Assembly (NCBI GenBank): GCA_001804915.1 | Contig: MHDI01000085.1 | Coordinates: 1-44,959, forward strand | Length of the DNA: 44,959 nucleotides | Direction: 5' to 3' | DNA from: Nitrospinae bacterium RIFCSPHIGHO2_02_FULL_39_82 | Lineage (GTDB): Bacteria; Nitrospinota; Nitrospinia; UBA9942 | Part shown: positions 13,246-22,016 of the stretch, in pieces | Position numbering within the stretch: position 1 is the first letter of the stretch | Layout: each line of letters opens with the position of its first letter | Made by a program: the position numbers and the translations under genes | Notes under the pieces: generated by a model | Databases searched by the model: none | Told to the model about the DNA's origin: nothing | Seen by the model: the letters and a program-made list of their open reading frames with translations, nothing else

Positions 13246-15065
13246 AGATATTCTACGAGAAATAAGGGTTGTCCATATTCCACAGGTTCACTATCGTTTA
13301 TAAAAATATCTATCATTCTGCACTTAGTTTCTGCCTTTATTTCATTTTTAATTCTCATTGTTTCTATGATACCTATGATTTGTCCTTTTTCTACAATTAC
13401 ACCTTTTTCTACAAAAGGCTTTGTTTCAGCAGAGGGTTTTATGCTGAAAATACCAACCATGGGAGAGAGGATTTCTGAATATCTTTTCTCCGCCTCTTCT
13501 GATATGTGGTTAATGGTATTGGGTTTCTGATTTGCATGTTTATGGATAATGGGTGGGGTTTTTGGACTCTGTTTTATTTTTATCTTTCTGCCATCCTTTT
13601 CCCATTCAAATTCGGATAGACAGCTCGAAGATACAAGCTTAAATATAGAGGAAAGTTCTTTGTATTTGTCTTCATTGCTCTTGCCTCTTGCCTCTTGCCT
13701 CTTGCCTCTTGCCTTTACTTTATCTCTCTTCCTAAAGAATTCTAATGCAATTTCAGGAAAAAGGGCATATGTGATAACATCTTCATCTTTTTTCATTAAT
13801 CCCATTCCATTTAACTCTATCTTTGCTTTATCCATAACAGGTTCCAGCAGGTCTGCAGGTCTGCATTTTATAGGTTCTTCATCACCAATAATCATCTTAC
13901 GAATCTCATCTTTTATCGGTGCGGGTGATTTCCCATAATAACCCCGTACATAATTTTTTACCTCGTTAGGAACAACTTTATATCTCTTGCCTGTGATAAT
14001 ATTCATAACTGCCTGTGTTCCAACAATTTGACTGGTAGGTGTTACAAGTGGCGGCCATCCAAGTTCTTCCCTCACCCTTGGAATTTCAAGAAGAACATCC
14101 TCAAATTTATTCAGGGCATTTTGCTGTTCCAATTGAACTATTAGATTGGATGCCATCCCACCCGGTATCTGATGCTCTATAACAGAGACATCTATAAGGG
14201 TCTGTCTGCTTCTCTGGAGACATCTCTTCTCTGCTATCTTTTCAAAATACTCAGATATTGCATGGAGTGCCTCCATTTTTAAACCTGTAGCATATTCAGT
14301 ATTCCTCAATATCGCAATAAATGTCTCTACAGGGGGTTGAGAAGTATAAAGTGCCAAGGATGCTGCGGCACAATCTATTATATCTACCCCTGCCTCAATT
14401 GCCTTTAAATATGTGGCAACAGCCATTCCGCTGCTGCTGTGGCAGTGAATCTGGAGCGGGATTTTAATCTCACTCTTTAATGCAGAGACCAGCTCATAAG
14501 CTACATAGGGGGTAAGGATTCCAGCCATATCTTTTGTATTAAGACTGTCTATCCCCATATCAACCTGTCTCTTTGCACATTCTATATACATTTCTATAGT
14601 ATGGACAGGACTTCTGGTATAACATACCGTTCCCTGTGCATGCCCCCCTTCCCTCTTTATAAATTTTATTGCCTTTTCTATATTCCTTACATCATTTAAT
14701 GCGTCAAAAACTCGGAATATATCTATGCCTGCAGCTACAGCTTTTATTATAAAAGCCTCTAAAAGGTCATCAGGATAATTTTTATAACCCACAATGTTCT
14801 GTCCTCTGAGGAGCATCTGAAGAGGTGTTTTCTTTATTTTTCCTTTGATTTTATAAAGTCTTTCCCATGGGTCTTCATTTAGAAACCTCAGCGCTACATC
14901 AAATGTGGCCCCCCCCCATACCTCTATTGAGTTGTATCCCACTTCATCAATCTTCTCTGCAATCGGGAGTATATCTTCAATATGCATCCTTGTTGCCCAC
15001 AAAGATTGATGGGCATCTCTCAATGTCGTATCAGTAATTCTTATTGGTCTATTCACTTTTTCCAT
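13242..15065 (-). CDS. Pyruvate carboxylase subunit B / oxaloacetate decarboxylase alpha-type carboxyltransferase with C-terminal biotin-carrier (BCCP-like) domain
   Basis: ITDTTLRDAHQSLWATRM, EVWGGATFD and HCHSSSGMAVA (HMGL-like/5S carboxyltransferase). The C-terminal SPMVGIF...IIETMRIKNEI...GQPLFLVE is BCCP-like. Start set at ATG 15065 (MEKVNRPIRITD…); the ORF track begins at TTG 15080. Confidence 0.9.
   Translation of the reverse strand: MEKVNRPIRITDTTLRDAHQSLWATRMHIEDILPIAEKIDEVGYNSIEVWGGATFDVALRFLNEDPWERLYKIKGKIKKTPLQMLLRGQNIVGYKNYPDDLLEAFIIKAVAAGIDIFRVFDALNDVRNIEKAIKFIKREGGHAQGTVCYTRSPVHTIEMYIECAKRQVDMGIDSLNTKDMAGILTPYVAYELVSALKSEIKIPLQIHCHSSSGMAVATYLKAIEAGVDIIDCAAASLALYTSQPPVETFIAILRNTEYATGLKMEALHAISEYFEKIAEKRCLQRSRQTLIDVSVIEHQIPGGMASNLIVQLEQQNALNKFEDVLLEIPRVREELGWPPLVTPTSQIVGTQAVMNIITGKRYKVVPNEVKNYVRGYYGKSPAPIKDEIRKMIIGDEEPIKCRPADLLEPVMDKAKIELNGMGLMKKDEDVITYALFPEIALEFFRKRDKVKARGKRQEARGKSNEDKYKELSSIFKLVSSSCLSEFEWEKDGRKIKIKQSPKTPPIIHKHANQKPNTINHISEEAEKRYSEILSPMVGIFSIKPSAETKPFVEKGVIVEKGQIIGIIETMRIKNEIKAETKCRMIDIFINDSEPVEYGQPLFLVEYL
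13678..13719. repeat. Heptanucleotide tandem repeat (CCTCTTG x4 perfect plus 2 degenerate flanking copies) inside the pycB-like CDS
   Basis: Read directly as gctcttg cctcttg cctcttg cctcttg cctcttg cctttac. It is translated as KARGKRQEARGKS in the linker between the carboxyltransferase and BCCP domains. Confidence 0.85.
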
Positions 15066-15078
15066 AAAATTATTAAAC

Positions 15079-15130
15079 AATGAGTGACAAGCAATGAGTT
15101 TTATTTACTCATTACTCGTTGCTCATTGCT
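15079..15130. repeat. Inverted CAATGAG/CTCATTG heptamer-type hairpin (about 20 bp, 16/20 paired)
   Basis: aatgagtgacaagcaatgag - ttttattta - ctcattactcgttgctcattgct. It lies between the stop of the Zn-ribbon gene (15134) and the pycB-like start. It is followed on the minus strand by T-rich ttgtttaataatttt. Confidence 0.7.
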
Positions 15131-15133
15131 TAT

Positions 15134-15646
15134 TTATCTATTCCAGTTCACCCTTACGAACTTATCATCTTCTGACCATTTGTACTCCAATTCACCGGAA
15201 TATGCCTTGTAAACAGCCTTTCCAATTTTTTGAGCCAGCTTCTCATTGGTTGTCTGAATATTTATCCTTCCCTTATTCTTATTAATACTCATAATCCTCT
15301 CCAAGGGATTATCCCTGAGACTCCTCTCCCCTTCATTTCTGACAAGATTCAAAATCTCATCTTCATGATTTTTCAGGAAACCACCTCCTAATGTAACAAC
15401 GCCGCTTGGGAAATTATCTTCAATCTTCAGACATGCAGGACAGGTAACTATACGGGCAGTCTTTTTCTTAATATTAGTTTTATACAACTCCTCATCAATG
15501 AACCACTTTTTCTCCTTGTATATTGCATGACAGCCTTTACAGATTGACACCCCATGTCTGCTACCCTTTGGTAAATAAGGGTCATTTACCTTAACAAAAT
15601 GTTTTAACTTATCTCCTTTAATATACTGAATATCCTTTTTTTTCAT
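15134..15646 (-). CDS. Conserved CxxC...CxxC zinc-ribbon protein (NMD3-N-like / BCAM0308-like family, tentative)
   Basis: CKGCHAIY...CPACLKIE cysteine pairs, then GVVTLGGGFLKNHEDEILNLVRNE and a C-terminal ...KFVRVNW. The family name is recalled, not searched. Confidence 0.55.
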   Translation of the reverse strand: MKKKDIQYIKGDKLKHFVKVNDPYLPKGSRHGVSICKGCHAIYKEKKWFIDEELYKTNIKKKTARIVTCPACLKIEDNFPSGVVTLGGGFLKNHEDEILNLVRNEGERSLRDNPLERIMSINKNKGRINIQTTNEKLAQKIGKAVYKAYSGELEYKWSEDDKFVRVNWNR

Positions 15647-15685
15647 TTAACCCCCCTCTCCCTAACTCTATAACTCTTTCTATCC

Positions 15686-15898
15686 TTAACTCTTTTTCTT
15701 CGTTATTTCATGTTTTGTTTTTTTTGAGCCGTGATAGAACCTCTTCTTCAATACCTCCTTATTTTTTTTGATATCTTTATTCTTATAAACTTTTAAGACA
15801 TCCTCCTCTATATTATAAGTATTTTTAACTATATCATCCTTTTCATTTTCGCCCACAAATAAAGTCTCCTTTCTTATTAACTTATATTTTAAACTCAC
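15686..15898 (-). CDS. Hypothetical small Lys-rich protein (70 aa, GTG start)
   Basis: Supported only by the open frame and its position in a same-strand gene string. It has low complexity and may not be translated. Confidence 0.25.
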   Translation of the reverse strand: MSLKYKLIRKETLFVGENEKDDIVKNTYNIEEDVLKVYKNKDIKKNKEVLKKRFYHGSKKTKHEITKKKS

Positions 15899-15937
15899 AA
15901 CTAACTACTAAAACAGTTGTTGGTTGTAAGTTGTTTG

Positions 15938-16612
15938 TCAATTAGTAAATATAAGAAAATATTGATATGGCAAAAAATAATAATCAGCCTCCAATTTAAA
16001 ACCTGCCTTTAAAATCTCCCCCATTATTTTATCCTTTGAAATTCTAATATTAAGAGGGGGACCAACCGGCGTATCTACAACATGAAAATCCACAATAGCC
16101 AGTCTTCCATTTTTTTTCAAAACCTTTTTCAGTATTTTAAGATAATTGTCCCTCCCTTCAATATGATGATAGGTATCACATATAAAAATCAGGTCAATAG
16201 AGGATTCTAACAGGAGAGGGTCATCTGACTTTGATAGTATCGTCTTTATATTATTGAGCCTCTCCTTCTTTGCCCTTTTTTCTATATATTCTATCATCTC
16301 ATTTTCAATATCAACTGCATAAATCCTTCCACTATCCCCTACCCTTTTTGATAATAGGACAGAGAAATATCCAGACCCTGCACCTATATCAGCTATAACA
16401 TCACCATCCCTTATTGCAAGATAGTCAACAACCTTTTTCGGCTTTTGCCACTCAGCCCTGTCAGGGCTTTCCATCCTCTGGATATATTCATTTATAGATT
16501 TAAAAGGGTGGTGTTTATGATGTATTTCTTCTGCGTCAACACCGCTTAAAATAGGCGAAAGGCTGGTGATGAGTAAAAGTAATCTGAAAAATTTTATAAA
16601 ATGTATAAACAT
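15938..16612 (-). CDS. Class I SAM-dependent methyltransferase with N-terminal signal/anchor sequence
   Basis: VIADIGAGSGYFS (motif I), LKKNGRLAIVDF and an N-terminal hydrophobic helix. Confidence 0.8.
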   Translation of the reverse strand: MFIHFIKFFRLLLLITSLSPILSGVDAEEIHHKHHPFKSINEYIQRMESPDRAEWQKPKKVVDYLAIRDGDVIADIGAGSGYFSVLLSKRVGDSGRIYAVDIENEMIEYIEKRAKKERLNNIKTILSKSDDPLLLESSIDLIFICDTYHHIEGRDNYLKILKKVLKKNGRLAIVDFHVVDTPVGPPLNIRISKDKIMGEILKAGFKLEADYYFLPYQYFLIFTN

Positions 16613-16694
16613 CTCATGCAGCTCCTTTTTATTTTTTAATATATCTTTTAGAAAAGTAAAAATAAACTTAAATATTATTTGAGATGTTAATTTT

Positions 16695-16724
16695 ATACTA
16701 TCGGTAAAATGTAAAAGTTGTCAA
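16695..16724 (-). promoter_or_regulatory. Candidate sigma70-type promoter (TTGACA-18-TAGTAT) for the methyltransferase gene
   Basis: Minus strand reads TTGACA (16724..16719), an 18-nt spacer, then TAGTAT (16700..16695). The small palindrome TCAAGG-N5-CCTTGA sits immediately upstream. Confidence 0.35.
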
Positions 16725-16769
16725 GGGAAAACCTTGAAATAGGCTTATTATCTTAATCAGCGGAGAGAA

Positions 16770-17843
16770 TCACTTCATAGGAATACCAAACCTTTCTTTA
16801 AGCCTATTTATATCCACATTTTCGGTAAAGAGTGCAAGATATCTGTTTATCTTCTTTTTGTCTTCAAAGTCAAGGGTTATAACCGCCTTATCAAGTTTTT
16901 CAATTGTAGAATAAGTATCAAGATTAACAATTATTATTGGAATACCTTTTTCCTCAGCCTTTCCTAATACTACACTATTGGGATGCCTCCCGCCTGTAAG
17001 TATTATCCCCTTTGTGGATGTCTCCATTGCTGCAATCTGAAGGTCTGCTCTGTCACCTCCTGTGATAAGTATCTTGTTATTTATCCTCCTGAAGTAATTT
17101 ATAGCTAATTCCAAATCCATTGCACCGATTACATAATTTGTTGCAAGTTCATCCAGCTTGTCTTTGCAACATATAACCTCTCCTGCTACCAGTTCACATG
17201 CCTTTCTTAAGCTGATAGCTCCCAAAAACCTATCTTCCGGAATAACTCCATATACAGGTATCCCATTGTTTTCAAGGAAAGGTATTACAACATCTTTTAG
17301 GTAATTTATCTTTTCCGGCATTACCTGCGTAATTATAACCCCCTGCAGTCTGTCATTAAGTGTCTCTTTTATAAACATTAAATTGTCAATAAATATCACA
17401 TCACTAACAAATCTATCAACAAGAAGAACCTTTACATCCAAAACCTTTGATAGAGTTAAACCATTGGCACCAACTATGCTGCCGTCAAAAAGACTATTAC
17501 CGCCTTTTACAATAACAATGTCTTTACCCAAGGATAATTTTTTATAGGCATCTTCTATCTTTTTTAAAAATCCCTCCTCTTTTCTGTTAAGTATTTTGAA
17601 TATTGTATCCTGATTCAGAATTACAGGACATATCATGTCATAGGGGTCCTTCAATTCAAGGACATTCTTCATGAGATGTACGTCATGGTCTGTGAGTATC
17701 CTATTAACAATCATGGGCTGAATACCAACAGGTTTAAAGTATCCTATATTTAATCCATCTTTTTTAAATAAGAGTCCCAATGCCCAGGCTGACAGGCTCT
17801 TTCCTGACTTTACACCAATTGAATTTATAAATATTGAATTCAT
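16770..17843 (-). CDS. Stand-alone Pta N-terminal-like protein (BioD-like P-loop domain plus DRTGG domain)
   Basis: IGVKSGKSL...GYFKPVG (BioD/CobQ-like) and ILITGGDRADLQIAAMETSTKGIILTGG (DRTGG). No phosphotransacetylase catalytic domain is present. There is a 4-nt overlap with the upstream acd gene. Confidence 0.8.
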   Translation of the reverse strand: MNSIFINSIGVKSGKSLSAWALGLLFKKDGLNIGYFKPVGIQPMIVNRILTDHDVHLMKNVLELKDPYDMICPVILNQDTIFKILNRKEEGFLKKIEDAYKKLSLGKDIVIVKGGNSLFDGSIVGANGLTLSKVLDVKVLLVDRFVSDVIFIDNLMFIKETLNDRLQGVIITQVMPEKINYLKDVVIPFLENNGIPVYGVIPEDRFLGAISLRKACELVAGEVICCKDKLDELATNYVIGAMDLELAINYFRRINNKILITGGDRADLQIAAMETSTKGIILTGGRHPNSVVLGKAEEKGIPIIIVNLDTYSTIEKLDKAVITLDFEDKKKINRYLALFTENVDINRLKERFGIPMK

Positions 17844-19957
17844 ACATCCTCCTTTAATCTAAATCTGCTGTCTATTGCTACAACTCCTTTTCCCTCTGGT
17901 CTTACTATTAAGGGATTTATCTCTCCTTCCAGAATTTCTGGAAAATCCACAGAGAGGTGTGAAAATCTTATTATTGCATCCTCAAGGGATTTCAGGTCGC
18001 TCCCAATCTCTCCCCTTACACCTTTGAGAAGGGGATAGGATTTTATCTCCGAAACCATTGTATTCGCCTCAAATTTATTTACAGGACATAATCTGAAAGA
18101 TACATCTTTTAATACCTCTACATATATGCCTCCAAGCCCAAACATGAGCATTGGCCCAAAAGACATATCCCTTGTAAAACCTATTATTACTTCTTTACCA
18201 TCTGTAACCATTTCCTGAATAGAAACACCTTTAATAAATGCATTTGTCATATATTTTTTTACATTTGAAATTATCTCTTCAAAGGCATTCTTTACCTCTT
18301 CCTTATCCCTTAGCTTTACAGCAACCCCTCCAACATCGGTTTTGTGAAGGATTTCCGGTGATACAACTTTCATTACTATCGGATAACCTATCTCTTCGGC
18401 ACAGGCAATTGCCTCTTCAGAATTTCTTGCAAAGGCATTCTTTGGCAGTGCAAAACCATACGAGAGGAGTATATTCTTTGAATCTTCATAACCCATAGCA
18501 AATATCCGTTTTTTCAAATAGTTATTTAATATTTCCTTAGTTGTTTCTTTTATAATTTTACTCTCACTTACATCTTCTTCTTTTATTCTCCCAGTCTCCT
18601 TTTTACGGCAAGCCATTATCTCAAAACACCTTACAGATTTTTCAGGAAAGAAGAGATTTGGAATAGCATTTTTCTCCAAGAAATCTACCCCTCCTTTTAC
18701 TGTCTCTTTTCCCATAAATGATGTAATTAAGGTTTTTCCATATTTTCGTGAAGTATCAATAACTGCCTTAGCTGTCCCTATCGGGTCTGTCATCTCCTGA
18801 GGGGTAAGTATTACGAGTATGCCATCTACCCCTTCATCTTCAGCCACTATCGTCAGGGCAGTATTATATCTTTTTGCATCTGCATCACCAACCACATCTA
18901 CCGGGTTGTATATGGAACATATAGGCGGTAGTAACTCCCTCAATTTTTTTATGGTATTGCTGCTAAAGGCTGCTATTTTGACTGACGACATTTCACAGGC
19001 ATCCGCAGCAATGATACCAGGTCCACCGGCATTAGTTATTATGGCAAGCCTATTCTCCTTTGGAAGGGGTTGACATGAAAATACCCTTGCATAATTCAGG
19101 AGTTCTTCAATTGTATTTGCCCTGATAATGGAAGACTTTATAAAGGCAGCCTTAAACACTTTTTCCATGCCTGCCAGTGTTCCCGTATGAGAAGATACAG
19201 CCCTTGCACCTGCGTCAGAATTTCCTGATTTAAGGATGATAATAGGTTTTCTCTTTGATACCTCCATGCTTACAGACAGAAATTCCACTCCATCCTTGAC
19301 CCCCTCTATGTAACCCGCAATAACATCTGTATCAGGGTCATCCCCAAGAAATTTTAAAACCTCTGTTTCTGTGATATCCGCCTTATTACCCAGACTTACC
19401 ATCTTTGAAAAACCAATATTCCCTCCAGCCGCATAATCAATAATAGAAGTAAGAATTGCACCAGACTGGGATAAAACAGAAATATTTCCTTTTGGCGGGA
19501 GTCTTGCGGCAAAAGTAGCATTAAGCCCTATTGAGGTATTTACTATGCCCACACAATTTGGTCCGATTATTCTTATACCGTATTTCCTTGCCTTCTCCAT
19601 TAATTCCCTTTCCAGTTTGGCTCCTTCCGGACCTATCTCCTTAAACCCTGCTGATATTACTACCATTGAGTTAATACCTGCCTTTCCACAGGATTCAATA
19701 GATTCAAGTATCGCCCGGGGGGATATTATCATGATGCATAAATCTATCTTATCTTTTATATCACTGATAGAAGCGTAGGCAGGAAGCCCGAAGATTTTCT
19801 TTGACTTAGGATTCACAGGGAAGATTTTACCGGTAAATCCAAAATCTATTATATTTTTTATAACCGCACAGCCGACCTTCCCTTTTGATTCTGAGGCGCC
19901 TACAACTGCCACAGATTCGGGATTAAAAAAATTTTTAAGCATAGCAGAAATATACAA
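17840..19957 (-). CDS. ADP-forming acetyl-CoA synthetase (acetate--CoA ligase, NDP-forming), fused alpha/beta
   Basis: FNPESVAVVGAS...GKVG (CoA-binding), SQSGAI, GPNCVGI, the succinyl-CoA-synthetase-like flavodoxin domain with the AVSSHTGTLAG phospho-His loop, and a C-terminal ATP-grasp (YPIVMKV..ILHKTDVGGV). Confidence 0.9.
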   Translation of the reverse strand: MYISAMLKNFFNPESVAVVGASESKGKVGCAVIKNIIDFGFTGKIFPVNPKSKKIFGLPAYASISDIKDKIDLCIMIISPRAILESIESCGKAGINSMVVISAGFKEIGPEGAKLERELMEKARKYGIRIIGPNCVGIVNTSIGLNATFAARLPPKGNISVLSQSGAILTSIIDYAAGGNIGFSKMVSLGNKADITETEVLKFLGDDPDTDVIAGYIEGVKDGVEFLSVSMEVSKRKPIIILKSGNSDAGARAVSSHTGTLAGMEKVFKAAFIKSSIIRANTIEELLNYARVFSCQPLPKENRLAIITNAGGPGIIAADACEMSSVKIAAFSSNTIKKLRELLPPICSIYNPVDVVGDADAKRYNTALTIVAEDEGVDGILVILTPQEMTDPIGTAKAVIDTSRKYGKTLITSFMGKETVKGGVDFLEKNAIPNLFFPEKSVRCFEIMACRKKETGRIKEEDVSESKIIKETTKEILNNYLKKRIFAMGYEDSKNILLSYGFALPKNAFARNSEEAIACAEEIGYPIVMKVVSPEILHKTDVGGVAVKLRDKEEVKNAFEEIISNVKKYMTNAFIKGVSIQEMVTDGKEVIIGFTRDMSFGPMLMFGLGGIYVEVLKDVSFRLCPVNKFEANTMVSEIKSYPLLKGVRGEIGSDLKSLEDAIIRFSHLSVDFPEILEGEINPLIVRPEGKGVVAIDSRFRLKEDV

Positions 19958-20076
19958 CTTTTATTCTGGAGATGCAAATTAAGATATTTTTTTCATTGAA
20001 ATATTATACTAAATCATGTTAAATAGATTCTGGTGAAAAAAATATCATTTTTCATCGCACACTAAATAGAAACAAA

Positions 20077-20754
20077 ATGTTAGACTATTTTTCAACTCTC
20101 TGGATAATTGAAGTTTTTAGAAAAGGAGGGATAGTAATGTATCCCATCCTCCTATGTTCTGTATTTGCTTTGACAATTATAACGGAAAGGCTCTTTTCCC
20201 TGAGAAAAAAGAGGGTAATACATCCGGAAATCCTTCAGGAAATAAGAAAATACTGGTATGGCAAAGAAATAGATAAAGCTATTACAATATGTCAGAATAC
20301 TGATATTGCCATGTCGCGCATATTAAAGGCAGGACTTTTAAGATTCAATTATGGAATATTAGAAATAGAAAGGGCGATTGAAGGTGCCGGAAATCATGAG
20401 GCAACACTATTGACTGCAAACCTGCGGGGTCTTGGTGTAATTGCCAATTTAGCTCCACTGCTTGGTCTTCTTGGAACGGTAACAGGGATGATAAAAGCCT
20501 TCGGTGCAATTGCTGAAAAAGGCACAGGAAATCCCAGTATTGTAGCCAGTGGAATCGCCGAGGCATTGATAACAACTGCAGCAGGACTTATTGTGGGTAT
20601 ACCAGCGTTAACTGTTTATTATTATCTTAAGGGGAAGGTGGATAGATTGGTATTTGATATGGAGGAGATATCCTTGAAATTTCTGGAAGAACTGGCCCAA
20701 AGAAGAGGACACATGCCACCAGAACACAAGAGCACCAGTAAAGACGCATCGTAA
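20077..20754 (+). CDS. MotA/TolQ/ExbB-family proton channel protein
   Basis: Three TM helices with LGLLGTVTGMIKAF and GIAEALITTAAGLIVGIPAL. Confidence 0.9.
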   Translation: MLDYFSTLWIIEVFRKGGIVMYPILLCSVFALTIITERLFSLRKKRVIHPEILQEIRKYWYGKEIDKAITICQNTDIAMSRILKAGLLRFNYGILEIERAIEGAGNHEATLLTANLRGLGVIANLAPLLGLLGTVTGMIKAFGAIAEKGTGNPSIVASGIAEALITTAAGLIVGIPALTVYYYLKGKVDRLVFDMEEISLKFLEELAQRRGHMPPEHKSTSKDAS

Positions 20755-20792
20755 GTATAGTGACTGGTGTCTTGGTATCTTCAAAAGTTAAT

Positions 20793-21191
20793 ATGCAATT
20801 CAGAAAAAGAGATGAAGAGGATTATAGTATCCCGTTAACCTCACTTATAGATGTAGTATTCCTGCTTCTTATTTTTTTTATGGTCTCTACGGTGTTTATA
20901 GATTTTACAAAAAAAATGGATATAGAACTTCCGGAATCAAAAATATCTGATTTGCCACTGGATAGAAAGAGTTTTGAGATAGAGATGATGCTGGATAAAA
21001 AAATATATCTTGACGGAGAGGAAGTTGCAATAGAAAAACTGGAATCAAGATTAAAGAACCTCTCAGAGAAGGTAACGAAAAAAGCAGCCATTATAAAGGC
21101 TGACCGTGGACTGCCTTATGGTGAAGTAATTAAGGTAATGGGTATATGCAAGGCTGTTAGGATAATGGATATAGATGTTGCAGTTAAGTAG
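20793..21191 (+). CDS. ExbD/TolR-family biopolymer transport protein
   Basis: IPLTSLIDVVFLLLIFFMV TM signature and a periplasmic ...IKADRGLPYGEVIKVM. Start set at ATG 20793 rather than the GTG at 20760 used by the ORF track. Confidence 0.85.
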   Translation: MQFRKRDEEDYSIPLTSLIDVVFLLLIFFMVSTVFIDFTKKMDIELPESKISDLPLDRKSFEIEMMLDKKIYLDGEEVAIEKLESRLKNLSEKVTKKAAIIKADRGLPYGEVIKVMGICKAVRIMDIDVAVK

Positions 21192-21861
21192 CATTGTTTG
21201 TTATTGTTTCTAATGCAGATAAATTTTTTATCCATATTTTTCCTCTCTGCGATGTAATAACCCCCTTTTTCTTGAATTTGCTTAATACCCTTATAGAAGT
21301 TTCCACGGTAGTTCCAATCATATCTGCCAGTTCCTGTCTTGTTATGGAAATTGGGATATTTTCTTCAGATGTCTGCTCCCTGAATAATTTCAGAAGCATC
21401 TTGGCAATTCTTATTTCTACTTTTTCTACAGCCATAGTTTGCATAATTTCATGAGCTGTTACGAGTCTTTTACCCATTGTTTTTGCAATGGATGATGTCA
21501 GACCGGCAAATTTTTTTTCGAGGTCAAGATAATGATTTTTTGATAATTTCAGTATTATGCTCGGTTCACCTGCAATAGCAGAAGCCGGAAATGGATTTCC
21601 AGAAAGCAGAGGCACTGCACCAAAGATTTCACCGGAAGGTATGATATCTATAATTATATCTTTGCCAGAAAATGAATGTTTAATTATCTTTACTCTTCCC
21701 TGATATACAAGATACAGGTAGTTACATAGCTCGCCTTCATAAAATATATATTCATCTTTGTTGTAATTCTCCTCAATGAATAATCTTGAAAGTTTATCTA
21801 TTTCATGATGTGGAAAAGATTCTAATATTGATAAGCCTTTTAGAAAGGATTTTTTATCCAT
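21184..21861 (-). CDS. Crp/Fnr-family transcriptional regulator
   Basis: cNMP-binding beta-roll (YLVYQGRVKI...GEIFG) and a C-terminal HTH (TRQELADMIGTTVETSIRVLSKF). There is no N-terminal Fnr Cys cluster. It converges on exbD with an 8-nt overlap. Confidence 0.85.
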   Translation of the reverse strand: MDKKSFLKGLSILESFPHHEIDKLSRLFIEENYNKDEYIFYEGELCNYLYLVYQGRVKIIKHSFSGKDIIIDIIPSGEIFGAVPLLSGNPFPASAIAGEPSIILKLSKNHYLDLEKKFAGLTSSIAKTMGKRLVTAHEIMQTMAVEKVEIRIAKMLLKLFREQTSEENIPISITRQELADMIGTTVETSIRVLSKFKKKGVITSQRGKIWIKNLSALETITNNAT

Positions 21862-22016
21862 TTTTTACCAGTTTTTATGCGTAAAATATATCATAATTTA
21901 TATCAAAAACATATATATTTTATTTATAGCAAGACTAAAATTCCCTTTGGTGATATTAAAATTTAGTTTATACTATCTTAAATTGTTAAGAATAATCAAA
22001 TAGCCAATATGATAGT

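Noticed and set aside
14909-14917. C9 homopolymer (G9 on the coding strand) in the WGGATF motif of pycB as a phase-variation tract
   Set aside because: Similar G8/C8 runs occur in infB (37097..37104, EWGGK) and the M16 peptidase (42631..42638, QPPPE). This appears to be a GGG/CCC codon habit of the genome rather than a locus-specific switch. It is mentioned only as context for the pycB heptamer finding.
15094-15285. 63-aa plus-strand ORF beginning MSFIYSLLVAHCLFIY
   Set aside because: Its N-terminus is simply the CTCATTG heptamer hairpin read in frame. The remainder is antisense to the zinc-ribbon CDS.
20760-20792. GTG start at 20760 for the ExbD-like gene
   Set aside because: It adds 11 non-conserved residues. 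The ATG at 20793 yields the usual short cytoplasmic N-terminus (MQFRKRDEED...) before the TM helix. This is uncertain but more conventional.
21862-22016. AT-rich divergent region next to the hda-like gene as a possible replication origin
   Set aside because: No DnaA-box-like 9-mers or 13-mer-type repeats were seen by eye. The region is only 155 nt and is adequately explained as two divergent promoters.
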